From positions 3,988 through 67,987 of the forward strand of contig JAKISS010000003.1 in assembly GCA_021648485.1 (NCBI GenBank): 64,000 nucleotides of DNA, read 5' to 3'. A program made the position numbers and the translations under genes. The stretch is from Gammaproteobacteria bacterium (GTDB taxonomy: Bacteria; Pseudomonadota; Gammaproteobacteria; SZUA-152). Of the stretch, positions 37,350-46,887 are shown piece after piece; position 1 is the first letter of the stretch, and every line of letters begins with the position of its first letter. The notes under the pieces are model-generated. The model did no database searches, was not told where the DNA came from, and saw only the letters and a program-made list of their open reading frames with translations.

Positions 37350-39896
37350 TTAAGCGGCTTTTTTTACCGGCAGAATAACGGTAAAACAGGCACCTTTCTG
37401 AATCCCTTTACTATCAACTTTCAAGGCACCTTTCATTTCGGTCATGGCATTGGCACAGGTGTGCAGACCAAAACCGTGCCCGGTTTCTTTTGTGGTAAAA
37501 CCATGGTTGAAAATTTTTGTAAGCTGCTCTTTGTTTATGCCGCAACCATTGTCTTTTATTTTCAGATAGACGGCGGTATCGTTAGCCATGCCGGTTTCAA
37601 TAATCATTTCTTTAGGCCTGTTGAATTGATCATTGTCACTCATGGCTTCTTTGGCATTTTTGATCAGGTTGGTAATCACCTGTAGCAGTTTGGATTTTTG
37701 CCCGATACATGCCGGGGTATTGGCAAATTGCGTATTCAGTTTAATACCCCATTTTTTGAGCGATGCATCCTGAATTTTCAGGGCATCTTCTACCAGCTCA
37801 GGCAGGTTGAGCTGTTCATTATGGAAACCGGATCTGGCATAGGTTTGCTGGGTGCTGATGACTTCTTTCATCATTGTGGTTTTGGCGATCAGTTCTCTGG
37901 ATTCTTTTTGAATGTCACTGATTTCAATATTCAGCACTTTGCCTATCTTGATGAAATATTCGGGCAGTTTTTTGCCACGGGCATCTTGAGTAAGGAATTC
38001 GTCCATGTTGTCAGCATTTTTCAGCAGCATGTCACACGCTTTTAACAGACCGGTAATTTTGCTGCTGTCCGAGATGCGGTGAATCTCTTCACTGGCCAGG
38101 TTGACGCTATTGAGAATGTTGCCAATATTGTGCAGTACGCCCGTGGCCATATCGGCCATACCGGATTTATGTGCCGCATCGACCAGTTGGTTTTGCGCGT
38201 CAGCCAGGGTTTGCTCGGTTTCTTTGCGGGCAGTGATGTCACGCACAATGCAGACACGCATGCGTTTGTGACCAATCTGCATGCCGGATACCACAATTTC
38301 CATCGGGAACGTGTTGCCGTCAGCGCGAAGCCCCAGGCATTCCTTGGGTTGCTGGTTATCACTTTGCTGTTCCGATTCTGCAAATTTGTCAACATCGTAC
38401 CCCTCGGCTAACAATGTACTGTGCAGGCCAATGGCCTCATCGTTTTCCAGCGCAAAAATCGTCATGGCTGCTGGATTCAATGACTCAATAGTGCCGGATT
38501 CATCCAGCACAAGAATGCCTTCGCCGATATTGTCGAGCACGGCGCGAATCTTTATTTCACTTTCTTCAAGGTCCCGGGTGCGTTCATTGACGCGGTTTTC
38601 CAGACCCTGATTCAGAGTTTGCAGTTCACTCAGCATTTGTTGTTCGGTCATGGCAGCCAGACGCAGGTGGTTAACCATGGTGTTGAATGAACGTCCTAAC
38701 TGCCCGATTTCATCATTGCTGGTTACCATTACCTCGGCATTGAGATCACCTTCAGCCACTTGACCGGCAGCGTTCATCAAACGCTGGATTGGTGGTACGA
38801 CACTGCGGGTAAAGCGGAGGGCTAACAATAGGCCAGTGAGCAATGTGAGCGCCATGCCGATAATGGAGGAAATGCGAATTTCATAGAGTGACTGGGTTAA
38901 TTCCTGCGCATTGTCGAATGCTGCGTTGAGCAGCTTGTCAGCAGTACCTTCGAAGAGGGTTTGCAATTGATCTGTGGTGGGTTGTACCCGGGTTCGTAGC
39001 AGGTGAGTGTCAGCCCGCCAGGCACCTGTTTCAAATATTTCCAGTACTGCCGGAAGATTTTCAAGATAAGCAGAATAGATTTCACTCATCTCCTCGGTCT
39101 CACCGAAACCGATGTTGACTTCCAGCCGGTTCAGTTTTTCCATCAGGATGTTGATAACGTCTTTGAAATTATTGAAATTGATCAGGGTTTCTTTGTTTTG
39201 GGACGTGATGTAGAGATTAAGTGCCCCCATCATCCTCACCCAGTTGTAACGCAGCTCCTGTAAAATGGGTACGGCTTGGGCGATATGTGGATCATCGGGG
39301 TTGATATCGTCGCTATTCAACAGCGCATTGATGTTGCCCAGAAAACGGATGGCCAATGGGTTCAGTGTTTCCCCTGCCAGTAGCAGGCCACGATTGTTCA
39401 GGTTGTCGTCGTGCAGCGCGAACAATTCTGTTGCATGTTTCCGGTATTGTTGGAGCAGGGCCTGGGACGTGTGTAACGTGTCATCGAGCCCCAGGTTTTG
39501 GAAAATATCCTGCTGACGAGCACCGTCCAGACGGTCGGCGATATCATCGGCAACCCATTTGAATCCTGCCTTGTGTTCCACATCGCCGGTTAACAAATAG
39601 CTGTTGAGCAAGGCAATGGCTTGATTAAGGCTTTGCGACAGGCGTTGAAAGTAGTTGGCCGCAGGCTGGCGTTCTTCGAGTGCGGAAGCCGCTGTGCGCT
39701 TGACACTATCGAGCTTTAGCAGGGTGATGCCCATGCCCACCGTCATGAGCAGAATCAGACCACCGAAGCCAGCGCTGATCTTCAAACGGACATTCCAGTT
39801 ACGTGGACTAATTTTGTTAATGGCTGGAGGTGATGTGTTTGGGTTGGTCATGCGTTTGGGTTGATGAATGAGATCTGTTGGCTCCAGGTGTTTCAA
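37350..39896 (-). CDS. Membrane sensor histidine kinase with HAMP and PAS domains
   Basis: 848 aa. An N-terminal TM segment and a large periplasmic/linker region. HAMP (…MVNHLRLAAM), PAS (AVLDNIGEGILVLDESGTIESLNPAA), an H-box GVLHNIGNILNSV, and HATPase_c (DNGCGI…GHGFGLH). It is co-oriented upstream of the REC-GGDEF gene. Confidence 0.85.
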   Translation of the reverse strand: MKHLEPTDLIHQPKRMTNPNTSPPAINKISPRNWNVRLKISAGFGGLILLMTVGMGITLLKLDSVKRTAASALEERQPAANYFQRLSQSLNQAIALLNSYLLTGDVEHKAGFKWVADDIADRLDGARQQDIFQNLGLDDTLHTSQALLQQYRKHATELFALHDDNLNNRGLLLAGETLNPLAIRFLGNINALLNSDDINPDDPHIAQAVPILQELRYNWVRMMGALNLYITSQNKETLINFNNFKDVINILMEKLNRLEVNIGFGETEEMSEIYSAYLENLPAVLEIFETGAWRADTHLLRTRVQPTTDQLQTLFEGTADKLLNAAFDNAQELTQSLYEIRISSIIGMALTLLTGLLLALRFTRSVVPPIQRLMNAAGQVAEGDLNAEVMVTSNDEIGQLGRSFNTMVNHLRLAAMTEQQMLSELQTLNQGLENRVNERTRDLEESEIKIRAVLDNIGEGILVLDESGTIESLNPAAMTIFALENDEAIGLHSTLLAEGYDVDKFAESEQQSDNQQPKECLGLRADGNTFPMEIVVSGMQIGHKRMRVCIVRDITARKETEQTLADAQNQLVDAAHKSGMADMATGVLHNIGNILNSVNLASEEIHRISDSSKITGLLKACDMLLKNADNMDEFLTQDARGKKLPEYFIKIGKVLNIEISDIQKESRELIAKTTMMKEVISTQQTYARSGFHNEQLNLPELVEDALKIQDASLKKWGIKLNTQFANTPACIGQKSKLLQVITNLIKNAKEAMSDNDQFNRPKEMIIETGMANDTAVYLKIKDNGCGINKEQLTKIFNHGFTTKETGHGFGLHTCANAMTEMKGALKVDSKGIQKGACFTVILPVKKAA

Positions 39897-40049
39897 TCCT
39901 ATGCTGGTATCGGCACACTTCAGGCGGTCTTGAGTGATGAGGGGTACTGGCCTGTTTCATGCTCGTCCCTTAGTTGTTTTGAGGTCTCGCCTCATTCGCT
40001 CGGGGCAGGTAGACTGCGCCATTCTGTGACAGTTTTTCAGGAGTCTGAA

Positions 40050-41936
40050 TTGAGCAGTAAGTACGATGCCGCCTCCATTGAGGTATTGAGTGGCCTGGAA
40101 CCGGTGCGCAAGCGTCCCGGCATGTATACCCAGACCGAGCGCCCCAACCATCTGGCCCAGGAAGTGATCGACAACAGTGTTGACGAGGCCATTGCCGGCC
40201 ATGCCAGCACGATTGATGTTATTTTGAGCAAAGATGGCTCTTTGCAGGTGAGCGATGACGGTCGTGGCATGCCGGTGGATATCCACCCCAACGAAGGCAT
40301 TCCCGGCGTGGAGGTGATTCTCACCAAGTTGCACGCGGGGGGTAAATTCTCTAATAAAAACTACGAATTTTCCGGCGGCCTGCATGGCGTGGGTGTGTCT
40401 GTGGTCAACGCCCTGTCGAAACATCTCGAAGTATGGGTGCGACGCGGAGGCAAGGAGTACAACATTTCCTTCGCTGACGGCAACAAAGTTTCCGACCTCG
40501 AAGAAGTAGGCACGGTGGGCAAGCGTAACACGGGCACCACGCTACAATTCTGGCCCGATCCCCGGTTTTTTGATTCAAACAAATTCTCTGTGCCCAGGCT
40601 CAAACATGTGTTGCGCGCCAAGGCCGTGTTATGCCCCGGCCTGAAAGTCAGCTTTTACGAGGAAAAAACCGACGAAACCAGTGAATGGTGTTACGAAGAT
40701 GGTCTGCGTGACTACCTGATGGACGAACTGCAAGGCCAGCCCACCCTGCCGGAAGACCCCTTCATGGGCAGTTTTGCGGGCAATGCCGAGGCGGCTGACT
40801 GGGCGGTGCTGTGGTTACCCGAAGGTGGTGAATCCGTCAGTGAAAGTTACGTCAACCTGGTGCCCACTGCGCAAGGGGGTACTCACGTCAACGGTTTGCG
40901 CACCGGCCTCACCGAAGCCATGCGCGAGTTTTGCGAATTTCGCAATCTGTTGCCGCGTGGCGTCAAACTTGCCCCGGACGATGTGTGGGACAAAGTAAGC
41001 TACATTCTCTCGGTGAAAATGGCTGATCCCGCCTTCTCGGGTCAGACCAAGGAGCGTCTCTCCTCCCGCGAATGTGCGCCGTTTATCTCCGGCGTGGTGA
41101 AAGACTCGTTCAGCCTGTGGCTCAACCAGCACACCGAGCAGGGCGAAGCCATCGCCGAACTGGCTATTGCCAATGCACAAAGCCGTCTGCGTGCCGGTAA
41201 AAAAGTGGTGCGTAAAAAAATCACCCAGGGCCCGGCTTTGCCCGGCAAGTTGGCGGATTGTTCCAGCTCTGATCCCGCACAATCCGAACTGTTTCTGGTG
41301 GAAGGTGACTCCGCCGGTGGCTCCGCCAAACAGGCGCGTGACAAGGAATTTCAAGCCATCATGCCCCTGCGTGGAAAAATTCTGAACACCTGGGAGGTGG
41401 ATGCCAGCGAAGTGCTGGGTTCGCAGGAAGTACATGACATTGCCGTGGCCATTGGTGTTGATCCCGGCTCTGACAAACTTGATGGTCTGCGTTACCGGAA
41501 AATCTGCGTACTGGCTGATGCTGACTCCGATGGTGCGCACATCGCCACGTTGCTTTGCGCACTGTTTCTGCGCCATTTCCATCCGCTGGTGCAAGCAGGC
41601 AACGTGTACATCGCTATGCCACCGTTGTATCGTATAGACGTGGGCAAAGAAGTCTATTATGCGTTAGACGACGCTGAAAAACAGGGCGTGCTGGATCGCA
41701 TTGCTGCGGAAAAAACACGGGGCAAAGTCAATGTGCAACGGTTCAAAGGATTGGGTGAAATGAATCCCAAACAACTGAGGGAAACCACATTGGCACCGGA
41801 CACCCGACGGCTGGTGCAACTCACCATTGAACCGGGTGACGACACCCATCAGATGATGGATATGTTGCTGGCGAAAAAACGCGCATCAGATCGCAAAGCA
41901 TGGCTGGAGACGAAAGGGGATTTAGCGGAGGTTTGA
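40050..41936 (+). CDS. parE: DNA topoisomerase IV subunit B
   Basis: SSKYDAASIEVLSGLEPVRKRPGMYT…HLAQEVIDNSVDEA is the GHKL ATPase domain. TOPRIM (LVEGDSAGGSAKQ) follows, and parC lies downstream. The start was chosen as TTG at 40050 (AGGAG 6 nt upstream). The ORF track's longer N-terminus has no homology. Confidence 0.9.
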   Translation: MSSKYDAASIEVLSGLEPVRKRPGMYTQTERPNHLAQEVIDNSVDEAIAGHASTIDVILSKDGSLQVSDDGRGMPVDIHPNEGIPGVEVILTKLHAGGKFSNKNYEFSGGLHGVGVSVVNALSKHLEVWVRRGGKEYNISFADGNKVSDLEEVGTVGKRNTGTTLQFWPDPRFFDSNKFSVPRLKHVLRAKAVLCPGLKVSFYEEKTDETSEWCYEDGLRDYLMDELQGQPTLPEDPFMGSFAGNAEAADWAVLWLPEGGESVSESYVNLVPTAQGGTHVNGLRTGLTEAMREFCEFRNLLPRGVKLAPDDVWDKVSYILSVKMADPAFSGQTKERLSSRECAPFISGVVKDSFSLWLNQHTEQGEAIAELAIANAQSRLRAGKKVVRKKITQGPALPGKLADCSSSDPAQSELFLVEGDSAGGSAKQARDKEFQAIMPLRGKILNTWEVDASEVLGSQEVHDIAVAIGVDPGSDKLDGLRYRKICVLADADSDGAHIATLLCALFLRHFHPLVQAGNVYIAMPPLYRIDVGKEVYYALDDAEKQGVLDRIAAEKTRGKVNVQRFKGLGEMNPKQLRETTLAPDTRRLVQLTIEPGDDTHQMMDMLLAKKRASDRKAWLETKGDLAEV

Positions 41937-42060
41937 TACATTCAAGCCAGACTTTGGGAAACAGGAGATAACGTTATGTCGTCAGCCGTACAAGATGTGA
42001 AAGATCTGATCGATCATTTGCCCGATGATACCAGCATTGAGGATATTCAATATCACCTTT

Positions 42061-42528
42061 ATGTGCTGGAAAAGATTCGTCGCGGGCAGAACCTGTTTTT
42101 TCACCGTAAACTTGGCAGAACGGAAACGCATATTATTGATCGATCAGGTAGACGTATTACGTAAGGCGATTAATAAGGTCAAACAAAAATATCCATTTGT
42201 CATTGATGCCGTGGTTGTGCTTTCTGATCATTTACATATGTTGTGGACTTTGCCGCAGGGGGATCATGATTACCCGACACGCTTAATGTTGATTAAGGCA
42301 GACTTTTCTCGATTGATTGAAAAGGGCGAGTATCGTAATGCCAGTCGGCAAGCAAAAGGCGAGCGAGAAATTTGGCAGCGACGATATTGGGAGCACTTGA
42401 TTCGAGATGAACGGAATTACGCCAATCATGTGGATTACATTCATCATAACCCGGTGAAACACGGACATGTGGAGCAGGCGTTAACCTGGCAGTATTCGAG
42501 TGTTCATCGTTACATCCGGGCCGGGTAA
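42061..42528 (+). CDS. REP-associated tyrosine transposase (RAYT, Y1/HuH family)
   Basis: MCWKRFVAGRTCFFTVNL…VVLSDHLHMLWTLPQGD…REIWQRRYWEHLIRDERNYANHVDYIHHNPVKHGHV…WQYSSVHRYIRAG is collinear with E. coli TnpA_REP (YafM), including the HuH motif and the catalytic Tyr. Confidence 0.8.
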   Translation: MCWKRFVAGRTCFFTVNLAERKRILLIDQVDVLRKAINKVKQKYPFVIDAVVVLSDHLHMLWTLPQGDHDYPTRLMLIKADFSRLIEKGEYRNASRQAKGEREIWQRRYWEHLIRDERNYANHVDYIHHNPVKHGHVEQALTWQYSSVHRYIRAG

Positions 42529-42745
42529 TAGAACGGGACCGGGGAAGAGGTAAGGGTGTTCCCGAGAGTGGCGGATTTGGTGAGCGTTGATGAATTTGTT
42601 AGGGTTCGTACCTCACCCCAACCTACGTACTATATATAAACAGTAATGCAAATTTTCGTTTTAGAGAATAAAAAAGAGGATATTTTGCGCAGCCTATTAC
42701 CCTAACGTATTGGCGGATTACGCTCACCCTGCGAAGACTTAAAAA

Positions 42746-45034
42746 ATGACAGAAACAACCGAACTAAACTACGAAGGCGTAGAACAACAACCCCTCAGCA
42801 CCTTTACTGAGAACGCCTACCTCAATTACTCCATGTACGTGATCATGGATCGTGCCTTGCCACATATCGGCGATGGTCTGAAGCCCGTGCAGCGACGCAT
42901 CGTCTACGCCATGTCCGAGCTGGGCCTCAAAGCGGGTGCCAAGTACAAAAAATCCGCACGTACTGTGGGTGATGTCTTAGGTAAATTCCATCCTCATGGT
43001 GATTCGGCCTGTTACGAAGCAATGGTCTTGATGGCGCAGCCGTTTTCCTACCGTTATCCACTGGTAGACGGGCAGGGTAACTGGGGTGCGCCGGATGATC
43101 CCAAGTCTTTTGCGGCAATGCGTTATACCGAGTCACGGCTGGCAAAATATTCAGAATTGCTGCTCAGTGAAATTGGCTTGGGTACGGTGGACTGGACACC
43201 GAATTTTGATGCGACACTGGATGAACCTTCAGTGTTGCCGGCGCGGGTACCGAATTTGTTGTTGAACGGTACCACTGGCATTGCCGTGGGTATGGCCACG
43301 GATATCCCGCCACACAATCTACGTGAGGTAGTGAACGCCTGTGTGCATTTGCTGGATACACCGAAGGCAACACTGGCAGATATTTGCGAGTATGTGCAGG
43401 GGCCGGATTACCCCACCGATGCGGAGATCATTACACCACGTAATGAGTTGGTCGCTATGTATGAGAAGGGCGGCGGCTCGGTGCGTATGCGTGCGGTATG
43501 GGAAAAGGAAGACAATGCAGTGGTGGTGACAGCACTGCCGCATCAGGTGTCCGGTAATAAAGTGCTGGAGCAAATTGCTGCGCAAATGAATGCGAAGAAG
43601 TTACCCATGGTGGAAGATTTACGTGATGAATCCGATCATGAAAACCCCACTCGTCTGGTGATTGTGCCGCGCTCCAATCGCATCGATTTGAATGAGTTGA
43701 TGGCGCATCTTTTTGCAACGACAGATCTCGAAAGAACCTATCGTGTAAATATGAACATCATTGGCCTTGATGGCAGGCCGCAGGTGAAAGATCTGCGCAC
43801 TTTGCTCAAGGAATGGCTGATGTTCCGTACCGACACGGTGCGCCGACGGTTGGAATATCGTCTGGAAAAAGTGAAGCGCCGGTTGCATTTACTGGATGGG
43901 TTGCTGATTGCGTTTCTCAATCTTGATGAAGTGATTCACATTGTTCGCACCGAGGATGAACCCAAATCGGTATTGATGAAACGCTTCAAGCTCACTGACG
44001 AGCAGGCGGATTATATTCTTGACACCAAGCTGCGTCAGTTGGCACGTCTGGAAGAAATGAAAATCCGTGCCGAGCAGGAAGAGCTGGCAGCAGAGCGTGA
44101 CAAACTGGAAAAAACGCTGGGTTCAAAAGCGCGCTTGAAAACGCTGATACGTAAGGAGTTGATTGCTGATGCGGAAGAATATGGTGACGAGCGACGCTCT
44201 CCCATTGTCGAGCGTGGTGCAGCTCAAGCGCTGGATGAAACTGCATTGATCAGTGCTGAGCCGGTCACGGTTGTATTGTCGGAGAAGGGCTGGATTAGAG
44301 CAGCCAAAGGCCATGATGTAGATGCTGCGGGCCTTAATTACAAAGCCAGTGATGATTTTAAAGCGGCGGCTTGTGGCCGCAGTAATCAGCAAGTGGTGTT
44401 TTTGGATGCCAGTGGGCGTTCGTATTCCATTGCTGCACATACGTTGCCATCAGCGCGTGGGCAGGGTGAACCGCTCACGGGGCGTGTGACTCCGCCCGAT
44501 GCCGCCAGTTTTGTTGATGTACTTGCGGGTAAAGGCAGTGATTTGTATTTGCTGGCCAGTGATGCGGGGTATGGTTTTGTGACCCGGCTGGAAAATATGT
44601 ATGCCAAAAATAAATCAGGCAAGGCTTTGCTGAAATTGCCCAAGGGTGCGCGAGTGCTGCGGGCCTGTGCTGTCAGTGATGTTGTCAGTGACCGCATTGT
44701 AGCGGTAACCACTGAGGGACGCATGCTGGTTATTTCATTGCAAGAGTTACCGGAAATGGCCAGAGGTAAAGGCAATAAGATTATCGGCATTCCCCCTGCG
44801 CGAGTGGCGAATCGCGAAGAGTATGTGGTTGGCGTTGCCGTTGTTTCTGTGGGTGACAGCTTGACAATTTATTCGGGAAAACGTCATTTGACCCTTAAAC
44901 CCAGGGATATAGAGCACTATGAGGGTGAGCGTGGCCGCCGTGGCTCCAAGCTGCCGCGTGGTTTTCAGCGAGTGGACAATATTTCTGCCAGTGGTTCAGT
45001 AAATGCCGCAACCGGGGTGGTTGAAAAAGAGTAA
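42746..45034 (+). CDS. parC: DNA topoisomerase IV subunit A
   Basis: [25 protein letters not shown]…, the active-site Tyr region (AAMRYTE), and 762 aa. Confidence 0.95.
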   Translation: MTETTELNYEGVEQQPLSTFTENAYLNYSMYVIMDRALPHIGDGLKPVQRRIVYAMSELGLKAGAKYKKSARTVGDVLGKFHPHGDSACYEAMVLMAQPFSYRYPLVDGQGNWGAPDDPKSFAAMRYTESRLAKYSELLLSEIGLGTVDWTPNFDATLDEPSVLPARVPNLLLNGTTGIAVGMATDIPPHNLREVVNACVHLLDTPKATLADICEYVQGPDYPTDAEIITPRNELVAMYEKGGGSVRMRAVWEKEDNAVVVTALPHQVSGNKVLEQIAAQMNAKKLPMVEDLRDESDHENPTRLVIVPRSNRIDLNELMAHLFATTDLERTYRVNMNIIGLDGRPQVKDLRTLLKEWLMFRTDTVRRRLEYRLEKVKRRLHLLDGLLIAFLNLDEVIHIVRTEDEPKSVLMKRFKLTDEQADYILDTKLRQLARLEEMKIRAEQEELAAERDKLEKTLGSKARLKTLIRKELIADAEEYGDERRSPIVERGAAQALDETALISAEPVTVVLSEKGWIRAAKGHDVDAAGLNYKASDDFKAAACGRSNQQVVFLDASGRSYSIAAHTLPSARGQGEPLTGRVTPPDAASFVDVLAGKGSDLYLLASDAGYGFVTRLENMYAKNKSGKALLKLPKGARVLRACAVSDVVSDRIVAVTTEGRMLVISLQELPEMARGKGNKIIGIPPARVANREEYVVGVAVVSVGDSLTIYSGKRHLTLKPRDIEHYEGERGRRGSKLPRGFQRVDNISASGSVNAATGVVEKE

Positions 45035-46887
45035 TGCCGATTGATTTGCTGCAATGGTGGGATCGCTTGCCTTATGTGGGCACAAAGAGCGAAGTGATTG
45101 CGCCGCGTGTTATTCCACTAAAGCTGGATGTGCCGATATTGCGTGTGCGTAACCGGCGCAAGCAGGAAAAATTGCAGCCCCCTCCCGATAGCTGGAAAGA
45201 CCTGAACAAGTATCCAACGGAATTGCTGCGCAAAATCGATGGTTATTTACAGCGTGTTAATACAGAGAAAATGCGTAATAGCAAACGTATGGCCTGGGTT
45301 GAGCATGCCTTGCAGTATGCCTGCCCGGCCATACGAAAAATTTATTCTGAGTACTACAAATCCGAAGCATTGCCGGAATCGCATGACAGACGTGAAGGAT
45401 TGATGGCAGCAATTAATGTGTGCAGCCAATTGGCGGTGGGTTATAAACGTCAACTGAATGAAGATTTTGCCTTGCCCGATGCCCGCTATGCCCGAGTGCG
45501 TCCCCGGGTGCGCCATCATGCTGTGCGTATTTTGGAATTACTGCGCATGGAGCAACGTTTACGTGCCATGCGTTATCAAAAATTATCAGAAAAGAGCTGG
45601 CAGGATTGTCACCAGATATTTTTTGCCCTTTCCCAGTGCGAAGACATTGATGAAAAACGGTTGTCGTTAAATTGCTTGCAGGTGTTGCTGGACAGTTCAG
45701 CCAATGAAAGTACACGCCGGATGCCGATAATGACATCATTAAACCTGGTTTATCTTTCTATCCAGTTTAATGGTTTGTTTAACATTAGCGCCTTGTTATG
45801 CCAAAAACTACATGTGGTGGATGCACAAATTGCCAATGTTATCGGCTCGATTACCATTATTCCCGATCATGGTAAAAAGCTGGGGCGCGGTAAGTTGTTG
45901 ATTTACCATGGGCAGGATTGTCCGCCGTATTTTAAACGTCAGGATGAAATACAGCGGAAAAAACAGCTTGCATGGTTGAAAGCCCGTGGTGAATTTTGCA
46001 CGGGTGAGGCACTTTCATCGGAATATAAACTGAGGGCTGTTATCGTTGATGTCTCGCCGCTGGATGCAATGTTGATGAAAGAACATCAGCGATTGCTGGC
46101 GCGATTTGAGTCACAGGATTTCATTGAGGGCGTGAAAGAAAAAGGGGCAAAAAATAAATATAATAGCGTTGTTGATCAGGATGACCTGGCCAATTTGTTG
46201 ACCATAGATGCCATGTGTGATGGTTTGCAATTGAAACAGCGTAAGGAGGAAAGAGAATATATTCTTGGCCGGAAAATATTGTATGTGTACAACGGGTTTA
46301 TGTCAGTTTACAAATTGCTGGTGGATATGGCGACAGAAAAAAACAACGAAAACTCCAGCCTGGCAAGTGATAATGATTTACGTGATGCATTGGCAGGTCG
46401 TTCGGCATTGATTGCTGCGGATTTGCAGGATAATGAGTTTGGTCAGTGGTTTGTGGTCGATAAAAGTGAGGGCGGGGTTCACATTAAAACACGAGACAGT
46501 GAATTTACTACCGCCTTGTTTATTGGCCAGGTTGTGGCATTTGCTTATTCACGTGAAGCACTTGCCAGACCGGCGCTGGGTTATGTGGTGCGCCTGCGTC
46601 GTAATATCAGTAAAGAAATCGAAGTGACTATTCGTATTTTATCAAAAACCGTTGTTGCTACCACTGTGCAAAATGATTTTTTAACTCAAAATGATATGGC
46701 TTTGCCTGCTATCGTGCTTGAGCGTGATGACATGACCAGGAGACGTTTAATGTTACACCATAGCCATCGATTGTCATCGGGTACCCTGGTAAAGATTGAA
46801 CTGGATCAGCAACAAACGGAAATTATTTCCGAGATGCTGAAAATTCAGCGGGAGTTTGTGGTTTATTCGCTGCTGGAAAAATCGTAA
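45034..46887 (+). CDS. Large conserved hypothetical protein (paralog P1 of 49030..50889)
   Basis: 617 aa. The start ATG overlaps the parC stop (TAATG), implying translational coupling. It shares blocks with the 619 aa protein (…A[VI]GYK…; …HRA[IV]R[IY]L…L…Y…H…W…H…). It may belong to the DUF1631-type family that neighbours fimX in Pseudomonas; that attribution is from recollection and is unverified. Confidence 0.6.
   Translation: MPIDLLQWWDRLPYVGTKSEVIAPRVIPLKLDVPILRVRNRRKQEKLQPPPDSWKDLNKYPTELLRKIDGYLQRVNTEKMRNSKRMAWVEHALQYACPAIRKIYSEYYKSEALPESHDRREGLMAAINVCSQLAVGYKRQLNEDFALPDARYARVRPRVRHHAVRILELLRMEQRLRAMRYQKLSEKSWQDCHQIFFALSQCEDIDEKRLSLNCLQVLLDSSANESTRRMPIMTSLNLVYLSIQFNGLFNISALLCQKLHVVDAQIANVIGSITIIPDHGKKLGRGKLLIYHGQDCPPYFKRQDEIQRKKQLAWLKARGEFCTGEALSSEYKLRAVIVDVSPLDAMLMKEHQRLLARFESQDFIEGVKEKGAKNKYNSVVDQDDLANLLTIDAMCDGLQLKQRKEEREYILGRKILYVYNGFMSVYKLLVDMATEKNNENSSLASDNDLRDALAGRSALIAADLQDNEFGQWFVVDKSEGGVHIKTRDSEFTTALFIGQVVAFAYSREALARPALGYVVRLRRNISKEIEVTIRILSKTVVATTVQNDFLTQNDMALPAIVLERDDMTRRRLMLHHSHRLSSGTLVKIELDQQQTEIISEMLKIQREFVVYSLLEKS

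Noticed and set aside
39861-40049. Upstream extension of parE (MMNEICWLQV…) and similar 5' extensions of psd, efp, epmA, the PilZ gene, SCO1, PCu(A)C, hemH and the PEP-CTERM gene
   Set aside because: Homology to canonical N-termini begins at internal starts. The extensions lack SD sequences or conservation.
41976-42164. Treating the 62 aa ORF as an intact independent gene
   Set aside because: Its 3' two-thirds are an out-of-frame read through the RAYT N-terminus. Only the first ~35 codons look protein-like, so it is more likely a truncated relic (see finding).
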